DNA of 63,659 nt, the filler included, from Octopus bimaculoides (lineage: Eukaryota): the NCBI RefSeq assembly GCF_001194135.2. It is 5 parts of 5 records of this genome, joined end to end, with 100 filler letters (N's around TTAATTAATTAA, not from the genome) between each part and the next. Parts side by side here need not be neighbours in the genome. Positions count along the whole stretch, not along the records: positions 31,098 to 48,363 come from NC_068990.1; positions 48,464 to 59,124 come from NC_068986.1; 3 more parts are not named here. The stretch is one strand, 5' to 3'. This document shows positions 38,005 to 51,135 of the stretch, piece by piece (the first letter of the stretch is position 1; each line of letters starts with the position of its first letter). The notes beneath the pieces were generated by a model, which was given only the letters and a program-made list of their open reading frames with translations, was not told where the DNA came from and ran no database searches. Position numbers and translations under genes: made by a program.

Positions 38005-38242
38005 ACTGTGTGTGCAAGCGTGTGTGTGTGTGGAGAAGAAGAGAGAGAGAGGACAGTTTTTTTTTAAAGGAGAATTCTTTTATTTATTTATTTATTTATT
38101 TATTCAACTTTTCTTTTTGTGCTTTCCCTTCAGTTTGTTGAGAGCATTGAAGTTCCTTAACCCAAGTCTTCGAGATAAAGTGTTGTTGTTGTGTATTTGT
38201 TGCTTCTTCATATCAAGCAGGATCAATGTGATTGGTATAGAT

Positions 38243-38776
38243 CATTGGTTCCCAACAGTCGTTCCCAGTCCTTCTCTTTAAATGAGTTTTCTCACGTATC
38301 CCTTTTAATATGCTTGTTCTTATATATATATATATAAGACTCTACTCCCTGGAGAGAAGGCGGGAGAGGTATGCAGTAATATACATCTGGAAGATCCTGG
38401 AAGGAATTGTGCCAAATGTTGGCATTGAAAGCTACACCAAGATCCCAGCAATGCCATCGCGCTTCAGGACTAGTTACTGCAACAGTTTGGGTTTCAGAGG
38501 CCCACAGCTTTTTAATATTCCCCCAAGGAGCCTGAGGAACCTGCACAAAGTAGATGTAGGGGTTTTAAAATCAAAGCTGGACCTCTTCCTGTCGAGAGTC
38601 CCAGATGAACCTACCTCACGGCAAGAGGTGCAAATGAGGGTTGCTAAATCAAATTCCATTCTTCACCAAGTACCACATATTGTAGGTGGCTCCCCGTAAT
38701 AACAGTGTAGCAACACGGCGGTGCATCAGTATGGCCGGAGCTCTAAGCTGAAACTATAAACAAAACAAAAAAAAAC

Positions 38777-38808
<32 letters not shown>

Positions 38809-38887
38809 CTTGAATTTAGTTCACAGATCCCCAGTACTACCTCTGCGGACCACCAAGAGTCCACGGACCACAGGTTGGGAACCGCTG
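38243..38887. mobile_element. hAT MITE with 8-bp TSD, carrying a nested LINE fragment
   Basis: TIRs CATTGGTTCCCAAC / GTTGGGAACCGCTG; flanks GTATAGAT and GTGTAGAT (7/8 identical). Confidence 0.8.
38340..38760 (+). mobile_element. CR1/L2-group LINE 3' fragment
   Basis: LYSLERRRERYAVIYIWKILEGIVPN..KSKLDLFLSRVPDEP, typical post-RT C-terminus. Confidence 0.85.
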
Positions 38888-39029
38888 GTGTAGATGCTCA
38901 TACGGGAATTTTAAGTTTTGCTTTCATTCGTTGGGCCATTGTTTTTATTTGTGATTACTGTATGTTACAGGTGTGTTTATCTCACTATTGCGCTATATTG
39001 CATGTACTATAACCATATTATACGTCTAA

Positions 39030-39200
39030 GGGCAGCGAACTCGCAGAATCGTTAGCACGCCGGACAAATTACTTAGCGACAATTCTTCCGGTTTTTAGTT
39101 CTGAGTTCAAATGTCACTGAGGTCGACTCAGCCTTTCAATCTTTTCGGGAATCAATAAAATAAATACCAGTTGAATACTGGGGTTGATGTAATCGATTCT
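39030..39200 (+). mobile_element. SINE family B
   Basis: Core motif. Confidence 0.8.
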
Positions 39201-39594
39201 GCATTGGATAAAAGCGCTGTTGACTAAGGTTTTCCTATTTATTTCGTTTTGTTGCGTATTATGACTCATTCCGATTATTCGTATCGCACAAGTAGTTGAA
39301 TATTCCATAGACACGCATACCTTGCATTCAAATTCCGCCGTGATCAACTTTGCTTTTCATCCTAAAGTTTGTTATCTTCCCTTACTAGGCATGACAAAAG
39401 AAAAATAAGATTTGTGTTTTCAGTTTTAGGTCAAAGTTTACTTTTCTTTCGTCTTGCGCACGAACTCAAAAATAACTACGAATACCCCGAGCCACGTCCT
39501 CGAAAAGAATTTTGATTTTATAACAAAATATTAATGATGAATGAGATTTTAATATCCAGTCTACCTCGCGTTGGAATGTAATCAACAAAAGCAA

Positions 39595-39755
39595 AATCGA
39601 CCCCAGTGTTCAGCTGGTATTTATTTTATCGACACCGAAAGGATGAAAGGCAAAGTCGGCCACGGTGGAATTTGAACTCAGAACGTGAAGACGGACCAAA
39701 TGCCGCTAAGCATTTCGTCCGGAGTGCTAACGATTCTACCAGCTCACCGCCTTAG
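39595..39755 (-). mobile_element. SINE family B
   Basis: Core motif. Confidence 0.8.
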
Positions 39756-39789
39756 TCACGTGAAATTATTGCCACCTATTTACAAGCAT

Positions 39790-39950
39790 TGGCGCAGCCG
39801 TGGCTGCATGGTAAGAAGTCTGCTTCTCAAGCACATCGTCCCGACTTCAGTCCCACTACGCGGTACCTTCACCAAGTGTGTTCTATTATAACCTCGGGTT
39901 GACTAAAGCTTTGTGAGTGGATTTGGTTGATGGAAACTGAAAGAAGTTCG

Positions 39951-40009
<59 letters not shown>

Positions 40010-40235
40010 TTTGTGTGTGTCTTTGTGTCTGTGTTTGTCCCCCACCATCTCTTGACAACTGAAGTTGGTGTGTAACTTAGAAGTTCGGCACAAAGGTCCG
40101 ATAGAATAAGTACCAGGCTTTATAAAAGAACTAAATACTGGGGTCGATTCGTTTGACTAAAACTTCTTCAAAGCGGTACCCCAGCATGTCCACAGTCGAA
40201 TGATTGAAACAAGTAAAAAAGATAAAAGATAAAAG
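39790..40235 (+). mobile_element. SINE family A, full length
   Basis: Similarity to other copies. Confidence 0.85.
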
Positions 40236-40629
40236 GTACTAATAGCACTTTCACTGAAGATGGCAGAGGACCCCTTATGTCTGGCCCCGAAAGTCATATT
40301 TACTAGCAGCACTGCTCCACCGTTTCGCGATGAGCCAGAGGAGACTCAAGTAAATCAAATAGAAAAACAAACCATCGCTAAAATATATAAGTAAAAGAAG
40401 ACGTAAGATCTCAAAACAAAGCCAAAAAACAAAAAACAAACCCCAACAAAAGGTGACACCCACCTGAAAACATTATAAGGGTTCACAGTATTGTGATAAC
40501 AGACCAGTTTGCAAACTTCTTAACGTTTTTTGTTGGTTTTTTTTTTTTTTGGAAAAGTTGTTTAGACATGTAAAGAACAGTGTAAAACTCCAGTAAAGAA
40601 CAGTATAAAACTAACCCTAACTCTGAATA

Positions 40630-40950
40630 AGAGTTGTTTAAGGATGTTGAACGAAACACCCATGTTTCCAGAGGTGAATTTTCCAAACGGCAAAGAATTC
40701 CTCTCAACACATGACTATTTTGCTCCCCAACTACTTCTTCTCGTGATCAGAGATGCACATATCCTCAGACAATAAGGAATATGCTCAACTGGTTAAGGTC
40801 AAACAACTGACAAACAAATCTGTAGTATTGAGCAGAATATTTGCTGTAACCCATCTTATACACCAAGACAAAACAATGTACATGGTAACACTTTCAATCA
40901 ATTAAGATCAGAAGCCATGAGAGTCACTTCCTGGAACTGCATCAGGGGAT
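40630..40950. mobile_element. Unclassified dispersed repeat (family F)
   Basis: Collinear with about 42095-42390 (ACCCATGTTTCCAGAGGT..TTAAGATCAGAAGCCATGAG). Confidence 0.7.
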
Positions 40951-40953
40951 TTA

Positions 40954-41009
<56 letters not shown>

Positions 41010-41011
<2 letters not shown>

Positions 41012-41665
41012 GCAGTTTGTGTTCATACTACGTCTTGCCTCTCTCTAGTCCCCACTTTTCACATAGTTTCCAATGTAGCGCTTTCGCTACCTGGTCGTGT
41101 CGCCACAACTTGTAGTGGTTTTAGACAAGTCTATAGCATTCCTTCGTGATATAGGCAATGGTTTCATCCACTCCATTGCAGATGCGGCACGACGGGGACA
41201 CTTGTTCATTCTTCTGGTTGATCCTCCAGTTCGTGGCCAAAGCTTAGTTCTGCGCTGCTAGTATAGTGCTTTCGGTCTCTTTCTTTAGCGTTCCTTTCAT
41301 CAGCCAATCCCACCTATTTTCCAGCAACTTCTGTTGTAGCTATATGGAATTGATTATGCGGTCCCTTCTTGCGTAATTCTTCTTCGTGTCCCTTTTGTAC
41401 TTCTTAGCAAGCTACTGTCCGTAACCTTAGGTGTCCACAAGTTTTCAGCTGCCTTTCAAGTGCTTAGAACCCCTCCTGATAATCCTTGCTGTCCCTAAGA
41501 GACAAACTTCTTGTAGGAGCTCTGTAGGGCGTTCTATTCCAGTTTCCTTCGGCCATTTGTCTATATATATCTTGGCTTACTGTTACCAACGCACCAATTA
41601 TTATAAGCACAACCTTTACTGCTCATATTCTCCAAATCCTTTCTACTTCAAATTTTAAAAGATTG
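41010..41665 (-). mobile_element. R4/Dong-type RLE LINE fragment, rearranged
   Basis: WDWLMKGTLKKETESTILAAQ..CRIC..ETIAYITKEC..RHDQVAKALHWKLCEKW (zinc-knuckle region) and FEVERIW..IIIGAL..LLQEVCLLGTARIIR (RLE C-terminus); adjacent to (TAA)n. Confidence 0.85.
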
Positions 41666-41754
41666 TATTTTTTTGTATTTTTGTTTTCTTTTGTTTTTCG
41701 TCCACTTTCTCTGCGCTCCTGGAATCAAACGGGCATCATGAGTCGATTAGTAAG

Positions 41755-41838
<84 letters not shown>

Positions 41839-41859
41839 CATTACTATTATTATTATCAT

Positions 41860-42395
41860 AGAGTGAGAGAGCAGCGCATGCCATCAAGGTGGCACTAAGG
41901 TACAAATATACAAAGCCCAGTATACCCATCATAACTACCTGTCTGATAAGGGTACACCAGGCACATGCATCACAACTATATGTGCGCGACATGGTGATCT
42001 CATATCAAGATAAACGGTGCATGACCTCGCAGGTGGGGCCCAGTTAGAATTTTCTTTAGATCGAGTCGCCCATCCCGCTCAAATGGTCCCTGAACGAAAT
42101 ACCCATGTTTCCAGAGGTAAATTACTTAAACACTAAAGAATTCCTCTCAACACATGGCTATAATGGTCCGCCACTACTTCTGCCCATGATCAGAGATGCA
42201 CAGATCGTCAGCTACCAAGAGACATGCTCAACTGGTTATGGGCAAACAACCAGCAAGCAAACATGGGGTATTAAGCAGAATATTTGCTGTAGCCCATCTT
42301 TTATACCAAGACAAAACAATGTACATGATAATACTTCCAATCAGTTAAGATCAGAAGCCATGAGCCACTGTCTGGTATTGCATCAGGCCAAGAGA
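41860..42395. mobile_element. Family F repeat, longer copy abutting an ATC/ATT tract
   Basis: Match to 40630-40950. Confidence 0.7.
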
Positions 42396-42532
42396 TCGAC
42401 TTTGCCTTTCATCCTTTCGAGGTCGATAAAATAAGTACCAATCAAGTGCTGGGGTCGATGTAATCGACTAGTCCTCCGTCCAAAATTTTAGGCCTTCTGC
42501 CCATAATAGAAAGGATTATCTTCATCATCATT

Positions 42533-42570
<38 letters not shown>

Positions 42571-43631
42571 TATTAACGTCATTATTCATGGTTGAAGAAG
42601 TGTTAGTAATGGTTGGTTTACAAAACTGATACAAAACCGGTGCATTTCAGTTTCGAATCCAAATCCACCTAAGTCGATAGGTTTAAGTCAATTAATAAAA
42701 GGAAGTTCCCCTCAAGTACATGGGTCAATCTCCTCAACTCTTTACTTCTCTCCAAACACGTTATATCACCAATCCACACCTATAGTCTCATGTAAACACA
42801 ATCAAACACGTAAATACANNNNNNNNNNNNNNNNNNNNNNNNNNNNNNNNNNNNNNNNNNNNNNNNNNNNNNNNNNNNNNNNNNNNNNNNNNNNNNNNNN
42901 NNNNNNNNNNNNNNNNNNNNNNNNNNNNNNNNNNNNNNNNNNNNNNNNNNNNNNNNNNNNNNNNNNNNNNNNNNNNNNNNNNNNNNNNNNNNNNNNNNNN
43001 NNNNNNNNNNNNNNNNNNNNNNNNNNNNNNNNNNNNNNNNNNNNNNNNNNNNNNNNNNNNNNNNNNNNNNNNNNNNNNNNNNNNNNNNNNNNNNNNNNNN
43101 NNNNNNNNNNNNNNNNNNNNNNNNNNNNNNNNNNNNNNNNNNNNNNNNNNNNNNNNNNNNNNNNNNNNNNNNNNNNNNNNNNNNNNNNNNNNNNNNNNNN
43201 NNNNNNNNNNNNNNNNNNNNNNNNNNNNNNNNNNNNNNNNNNNNNNNNNNNNNNNNNNNNNNNNNNNNNNNNNNNNNNNNNNNNNNNNNNNNNNNNNNNN
43301 NNNNNNNNNNNNNNNNNNNNNNNNNNNNNNNNNNNNNNNNNNNNNNNNNNNNNNNNNNNNNNNNNNNNNNNNNNNNNNNNNNNNNNNNNNNNNNNNNNNN
43401 NNNNNNNNNNNNNNNNNNNNNNNNNNNNNNNNNNNNNNNNNNNNNNNNNNNNNNNNNNNNNNNNNNNNNNNNNNNNNNNNNNNNNNNNNNNNCTTATATA
43501 TTCACACACACACGTGTGTGTATGTGTGCTTGCTTCATCAACTGTACACAACTAAATATTTCTGGTCTCCTACATTTGGGAAGCAATTATTATTATTATT
43601 ACTACTACTACTACTGTTACTACTACTGCTG

Positions 43632-43670
<39 letters not shown>

Positions 43671-43842
43671 ATTCTACTACCATTGTCCTCTACCTTTACA
43701 GAAGCAAGCTGAAATAATGACACTTTATTTTATCTTTTCTGCGCTCTGCCAAATTATACTTGTTAAATTTACCCCTCCGCCGTTTCTTCGTCACCCTCTG
43801 TGTTCCCCACCTAGTTCCCGTCTCCCCCCTCTTCCCCCTTCG

Positions 43843-43873
<31 letters not shown>

Positions 43874-44110
43874 TTCTCTCTTTCGATCTCTTTAGTGACC
43901 GATCGAAAGGTGTCATCACTAACAAAGTTGCCATTACAAAAACCATCGGCTTATTTCGTTACTGTTTGTAATAAAACTGACCGCTCAAAGAAGTACTGAA
44001 AGACCTCGAAGAATGGTGTTAGTTATTGGTTTCTGCTGTAATTGGTTCCAAATCACTATGCTTTGCTGACAGAGTGCTTGGTTTAACAACAACCGTATTA
44101 GTACAATTTG

Positions 44111-44148
<38 letters not shown>

Positions 44149-45309
44149 GTCGCTTCATCTGCTTTGATCATCGTCCCAGAAATATTTCCAAGTTAGGTAA
44201 CTCGTTATAACACCCGCTTTACGCACCTACTCTCGCATACAGACAATCTCACAAACACACGTGTATATATATATATATATATANNNNNNNNNNNNNNNNN
44301 NNNNNNNNNNNNNNNNNNNNNNNNNNNNNNNNNNNNNNNNNNNNNNNNNNNNNNNNNNNNNNNNNNNNNNNNNNNNNNNNNNNNNNNNNNNNNNNNNNNN
44401 NNNNNNNNNNNNNNNNNNNNNNNNNNNNNNNNNNNNNNNNNNNNNNNNNNNNNNNNNNNNNNNNNNNNNNNNNNNNNNNNNNNNNNNNNNNNNNNNNNNN
44501 NNNNNNNNNNNNNNNNNNNNNNNNNNNNNNNNNNNNNNNNNNNNNNNNNNNNNNNNNNNNNNNNNNNNNNNNNNNNNNNNNNNNNNNNNNNNNNNNNNNN
44601 NNNNNNNNNNNNNNNNNNNNNNNNNNNNNNNNNNNNNNNNNNNNNNNNNNNNNNNNNNNNNNNNNNNNNNNNNNNNNNNNNNNNNNNNNNNNNNNNNNNN
44701 NNNNNNNNNNNNNNNNNNNNNNNNNNNNNNNNNNNNNNNNNNNNNNNNNNNNNNNNNNNNNNNNNNNNNNNNNNNNNNNNNNNNNNNNNNNNNNNNNNNN
44801 NNNNNNNNNNNNNNNNNNNNNNNNNNNNNNNNNNNNNNNNNNNNNNNNNNNNNNNNNNNNNNNNNNNNNNNNNNNNNNNNNNNNNNNNNNNNNNNNNNNN
44901 NNNNNNNNNNNNNNNNNNNNNNNNNNNNNNNNNNNNNNNNNNNNNNNNNNNNNNNNNNNNNNNNNNNNNNNNNNNNNNNNNNNNNNNNNNNNNNNNNNNN
45001 NNNNNNNNNNNNNNNNNNNNNNNNNNNNNNNNNNNNNNNNNNNNNNNNNNNNNNNNNNNNNNNNNNNNNNNNNNNNNNNNNNNNNNNNNNNNNNNNNNNN
45101 NTATATACACGTGTGTTTGTGAGATTGTCTGTATGCGAGAGTAGGTGCGTAAACCGCGATCCTCCGACCGCGAGTCCGCCTCCACTTTATTAGGTTGTAG
45201 CTAACCTCTTTGAAGGAAGAAGTGTCTTCTAATGCGTGAACGCTTGTGGACAGTTGGCAGCTGTATTACACAACCAGCAGGAAACGCTGTGCGACAAGTG
45301 AAATAATAA

Positions 45310-45650
45310 TAACTATCTTTCTGTTATAGGCACAGGGCTTGAAATTTTGGGAGGAGATGCTAGTCGATCCGAGTGCTTAACTGGTACTTATTTCATCCAC
45401 CCGGAAAGGATGCCCTAGGCGGCATTTGACCTCAAAACGTAAAGCCGGAATAAATGCTGATAAATATTTTGCTCGGCGTGCTAACGATTCTCCTAGCTCG
45501 CCGCCCTAATAATATTAATAATGTTTTCACAAGGCCAGCAATTTCGGGAGAAGGAGTAAGGAGGTTACATCGACCCTAGTATTCAACTGGTACTTATTTT
45601 ATCGATCTCGCAAGGATAAAAACCTGTGTAGAGCAGGGATTTGAACTAAC
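45310..45650 (-). mobile_element. Two SINE family B copies
   Basis: Core motifs at about 45385 and 45590. Confidence 0.7.
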
Positions 45651-46044
45651 TTGTTTCGTCCGGCACAGAAACCCATCAATCAAAATTCCTGATTCCGATA
45701 TTTCCACCAATCCAAGCCAACTTACCAATCATATCAAAACAATAACAGGTGTATCATTATTGAATACCTTCTTCACCTCACATTACTATTCCATTATTAC
45801 AACGCAAAAATAGCCGAAGTATCTTCGGATCAAATTTTGCTATTGTCAACCCTTGGAAAAGGTTACATCGCATTTCCTTCGATATCTTGAAGTTTATAAG
45901 TTTTAGTAATATTTGTTTCAGGTAAATGCTTAAAATGTCCAGAAATTGATAGACATATATGCTAAAAAAGACAACAGTATGTATATAGATATATATATAC
46001 ATATATATGTGTCTCTGTGTGTTTCTGTCTGTGCATACACACTT

Positions 46045-46115
<71 letters not shown>

Positions 46116-46810
46116 CATATATACAATAAATATGTGTGTATATATTGTTTCTATATCTGTATATGCATGCGCGCGTGTATGATGTGTGTGTATGTATGTA
46201 TGTATGGATGTACTGAGAAAACGAAGAAGAGAGAAACAAACAGAATTACATAGAAGAAAGCATATCAGGAATAAAAAGAGGTCAGATAAGTAAATTGTTC
46301 TAACGTTTTCGGAATTGGTAAAGTGATTTTTGGACTTTGATGCGATCTCAGAGATTTTTCTGTTATTAAGAGAAGCCATATCTATGCATTTGAAATTTTG
46401 ACAGAGGTCCATTGACAGCGTTAAGATAAAGAATACTAGAAAGATTCAGTAATGGCTTGCAAAAACAAACAACCAGAGTATAAAACAAAATGAAAATACG
46501 AGGAAGAGAGACAGAGGGTGGGGAAAGAAAAAGATGAAGTAGAATAGTAAAGAATTGCTTACGAAATATTGCATGGCTGTTACAATGATAGCATGTGTTG
46601 TCATTTGATGGCTGAGAGGAGATTTACAAGTTTATTTGGCATGACACTAGAACAGTTTCTGCAATTATGATGAGTGGGTTGCATATTCTATTGTTTTATG
46701 TATTAACTGTATAGCTGTCAAGGGCGTGAACTGTGTTCTGCTCCTTAGTATTATGAGTTGTAGAACTGCTGAGTATCAAGTGTTTCGACACACTCACATA
46801 CGAACAAATG

Positions 46811-46858
<48 letters not shown>

Positions 46859-47085
46859 TGCATACTTCTTTTTCTTTCCCTTTCTTTTCAAGCTTTAGAT
46901 TAATATATTTGTTAAAAATGGTCCCTCTTTTCTGGTTTTCCCTTTTTTTCTTTTTATGTTTCTTGACAGATACATATACATATGTATGTTTGTATGTGCG
47001 TATATCAGTGCGTGTGTGCGTGCGCGTGCATGCGTGCGTGCGTGCGTGCTTAGACGTTTATCTCCAAATAAATACACCATAATAA

Positions 47086-47123
<38 letters not shown>

Positions 47124-47392
47124 GTTCTGCTACTCTTTTAAGTAATGAAAAGGCTCCAGACAAACCTATACCTGCATTGAATTGCTACGCTTATGTGGAT
47201 ACATGTGTGCGTGTATGTATATATANNNNNNNNNNNNNNNNNNNNNNNNNNNNNNNNNNNNNNNNNNNNNNNNNNNNNNNNNNNNNNNNNNNNNNNNNNN
47301 NNNNNNNNNNNNNNNNNNNNNNNNNNNNNNNNNNNNNNNNNNNNNNNNNNNNNNNNNNNNNNNNNNNNNNNNNNNNNNNNNNNNNNNNNNNN

Positions 47393-47434
<42 letters not shown>

Positions 47435-47544
47435 ATACATATACATACATGCATATATACATATACATATATACATATATACATATATATAAGCATTCAC
47501 ACATACACACACATGTATGTGTATATATATATATATATATGTAG

Positions 47545-47585
<41 letters not shown>

Positions 47586-47737
47586 TGATGTTTTATGTCG
47601 TTATGCTTGTGAATATTTGTGCATGCGTATATATGCAAGTTGTTTATATATTTACATGTGTGTCTACTTGTGCAGAGGTGAAGCAAAAACATAAACAGTT
47701 ATAAAATTATATAAGAATGGCTGGATGAACATTTAGC

Positions 47738-47953
47738 GGCGAGCTGGCAGAAACGTTAGCATAACGGGCGAAATGCTTAGCGGTATTTCGTCTGCCGTTA
47801 CGTTCTGAGTTCAAATTCCGCCGAGGTCGACTTTGCCTTTCATCCTTTCGGGGTCGATAAATTAAGTACCAGTTACGCACTGGGTTGATGTAATCGACTT
47901 AACCCCTTTGTTTGTCCTCTCTATGTTTAGCCCCTTGTGGGCAATAAAGAAAT
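47738..47953 (+). mobile_element. Young SINE family B with a 12-bp TSD
   Basis: TGAACATTTAGC at 47726-47737 and 47954-47965; CpGs intact. Confidence 0.9.
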
Positions 47954-48363
47954 TGAACATTTAGCATCCCTGGAAGAGGTGGTGAATATAGGGACGAGGA
48001 TAGAGTCATGGAACGAAAGACAGAAATAAAGAAGATACATATATATAGAAATCTAAAAGCAATATATAAATGTATCGAATGAATTCTAGTATGAAGTAAA
48101 AAAAGACAAGAAGAAGAAGAAGAAGAAGAAGAAGAAGAAGAAGAAGAAGAAGAGTCACGTTGAAAGACAATAAAGTATTAATTTGTAAACATCGAAAAAG
48201 AATATGACCGTAACCCACGTTATCTCTCCATCTGTATGTATATGTATATATGTGTATGTATGTGTGTGTATGTATGTATATATATATATATATATATACA
48301 TACACACATATATGTCTACATATATATACACACGCACACACACACACACACACACATACATAT

Positions 48364-48463
48364 NNNNNNNNNNNNNNNNNNNNNNNNNNNNNNNNNNNNN
48401 NNNNNNNTTAATTAATTAANNNNNNNNNNNNNNNNNNNNNNNNNNNNNNNNNNNNNNNNNNNN
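48364..48463. other. Assembly spacer
   Basis: 44 N + TTAATTAATTAA + 44 N. Confidence 0.95.
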
Positions 48464-48639
48464 TAAATACTAAAAGGCATTTCGTCTGTCCATAAGTTAC
48501 CTTTACAATTTCAGAAACAATTCAGAAAAAAAAAAGGAATTTTCAAAAACAATTTCAGAGCAAAAATGAAAATAACTCAGCAGAGTTTATTGGCAAAAAA
48601 TGGAAAATAAGGAAAGCTCAGCAGAGTTTATTCACAAAC

Positions 48640-49130
48640 GTAGGAGTGGCTGTTTGGTAAGTAGCTTGCTTATATCGACCCCAGTGTTTCACCGGTACTT
48701 AATTTATGGACCCCGAAAGGATGAAAGGCAAAGTCGACTCCGGCGTCATTTGAACTCAGAACGTGGAGACAGACGAAATATCACTAAGTATTTCGCCCAA
48801 CGTGCTAACGATTCTGCCAGCTCGCCGCCTTCTCTGCCCTTAAAATAATGGTTTCTAAAGAAGGTACAAGACCAACATTTTTTCAGAAATGGAGAATGGT
48901 GAATACCATTGAGCCACTACATGACTGGTGCTTTATATCGACTCGGAAAGGATGAAAGGCAAAGATGACTTCGTTGTGTCTTTGTGTCTGTGTTTGTTCC
49001 CTTCATTCCTTGTTGTTATGTTCCCGTTACTTAGCAGTTCGGCAAAAAATATCAATAGAATAAGTACCAAACTTTAAAAATACAAGTGCTGGTGTTGGTT
49101 TGTTCTATTAAAGCTGGTACCGCAGCATGA
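48640..49130. mobile_element. Mosaic of SINE A head, SINE B (- strand) and SINE A tail fragments
   Basis: Similarity to other copies. Confidence 0.7.
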
Positions 49131-49171
49131 CCTTACTCCCAGAAATTTATTGCGTTGCGTATATTTGTCAT

Positions 49172-49460
49172 TATGGCCCAGTGGTTAGGGAAGCGGACTC
49201 GCGGTCGGGGGATCGCGGTTTCGATTCCCTGACCGGGCGTTGTGAGTGTTTATTGAGCGAAAACAACAAAAGCTCCACGAGGCTCCGGCAGGGGGTGGTG
49301 GCGACCCCTGTTGTACTTTCTCTCACTCTTTCTTCCTGTTTCTTGAGTAAAAAGCAGCGATGGACTGGCTTCCTGTCCAGCTGGGGTGGGGGAACACATA
49401 CGCCATAGAAACCGGGGAACCGGGTCCATGAGTCTGGCTAGGCTTTAAAAGGGCGCAAAA
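49172..49460 (+). mobile_element. SINE family C head with an alternative 3' part
   Basis: Head matches 3931, then diverges after about 49340. Confidence 0.75.
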
Positions 49461-49829
49461 ATTATAATGAACATTTGTCATTGCACGCACAGAAGATTCA
49501 TAGCTGGAACTACGCCAGCCGGAACTTTATTTTAACACAGTGTTAGAAATCTTGAGGATGAAGCTGATTAGCTACGCTAATCCCTAAGCTAAGGTAATTT
49601 ATAGGGCTGGTATTTGTATCCTGATTCCGTTGCGTTAAGGTGGTGAGAAAAGAGATTAACTTTTCTCTTGACTAAGATATTGGATTAGGAAAAGGTTGTT
49701 GCGACCGAAAGGAGTGGACGCGGCAAAAGATCAGATCAGCATAACTTCTAACAGAACGAGGGAAAAGCTAAGGGTTTACAGTAAAAATACAAACGAAATC
49801 TCTTTCGCAAATTAAACCCTTGAACAGTT

Positions 49830-50526
49830 AAATAAATAAATGAAATGAATGAATAAATAAATAAACAGAAAGAATACGGAAAGCATGAATGGATAAATGA
49901 ATGAGTGAATGTTTGAATAAATGAATGGAAAGATAAAAGGAAGAACGGAACGAAAGAAAACAAAGAAAGGCAAAAAGGAGGAAAGAATGAATGAATGAGC
50001 GAATGAATGAATGAATGAATGAGCGAACGAATGAATGAATGAATGAAAGATAAAAGGAAGAACGGAACGAAAGAGAGCAAAGATAGGCAGAAAGGAGGGA
50101 AAATAGAAGGAAAGAATGAATAAATGAAAGAATGAATGAATGAATGAATGAAATATAAAAGGAAGAACGGAACGAAAGAAAACAAAGATAGGCTGAAAGG
50201 AGGAAATAATGAATGAATGAGTGAATGAGCGAATGAATGAATGAATGAATGAATGAAAGATAAAAGGAAGAACGGAACGAAAGAAAGCAAAGATAGGCAG
50301 AAAGGAGGAAAGAGTGAATGAATGAGTGAATGAGCGAATGAATGAATGAATGAGTGAATGAGCGAATGAATAAATGAGTGAATGAGCGAATGAATGAATG
50401 AATGAATGAATGAAAGATAAAAGGAAGGACGGAACGAAAGAAAGCAAAGATAGGCAGAAAGGAGGGAAAATAGAAGGAAAGAATGAATAAATGAAAGAAT
50501 GGATGAATGAGTGAATGAATGGACAT

Positions 50527-50560
<34 letters not shown>
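49830..50560. repeat. Composite purine-rich minisatellite: five ~57-bp units separated by variable (GAAT)n
   Basis: GAAAGATAAAAGGAAGAACGGAACGAAAGAAAGCAAAGATAGGCAGAAAGGAGG-like units at about 49928, 50044, 50151, 50255 and 50412. Confidence 0.9.
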
Positions 50561-50564
<4 letters not shown>

Positions 50565-50904
50565 CACTTTTGGTACTGTTGTACTGGATGCATTATGCCT
50601 GAAGGAAGAACGGTATGTTGAGCACTGAGACAACTTTAACATCAGCTTTTTTGCGTTTTTTTTCTTGTTTGTTGTTGTTTTGTCTCTTGTGTTCTTGATA
50701 ATAGCTGACCAACACCTAAAACAACAATAAATTCTCTCCCTCTTTACGACGCCTATTTATCCCACGGTTATTTCGATTGAACCGTTGAATGTATTAGTGA
50801 AGGCGAAGGACTAACCATCGACCTCTTGACAGGTCGATGGTTAGATGATTTCTTGATTTGCTGAGCTATCGATCTTATAGGCCGCCATTAATCAGATCGA
50901 TCAA

Positions 50905-51087
50905 GGGTGGCGTGTTGACAGAATCATCAGCGTGTCGGACAAAATGCTTAGTGCTATTTCTTCCGCCTAGGTCGACTTTGCCTTACATCCTTTCAAGGTC
51001 GATGAAATAAGTACCATGTGAGCACTGGGGCCTATATAATCAACTAGGCCACCCCACAACAATTTCAGGCCTTGTGCATATAATAAA

Positions 51088-51090
<3 letters not shown>
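50905..51090 (+). mobile_element. SINE family B with (TTA)n tail
   Basis: Core motif. Confidence 0.75.

Positions 51091-51135
<45 letters not shown>

Noticed and set aside
49830-50560. CRISPR-like repeat-spacer layout
   Set aside because: The spacers are (GAAT)n, the repeats are non-palindromic, there are no cas genes and the context is eukaryotic
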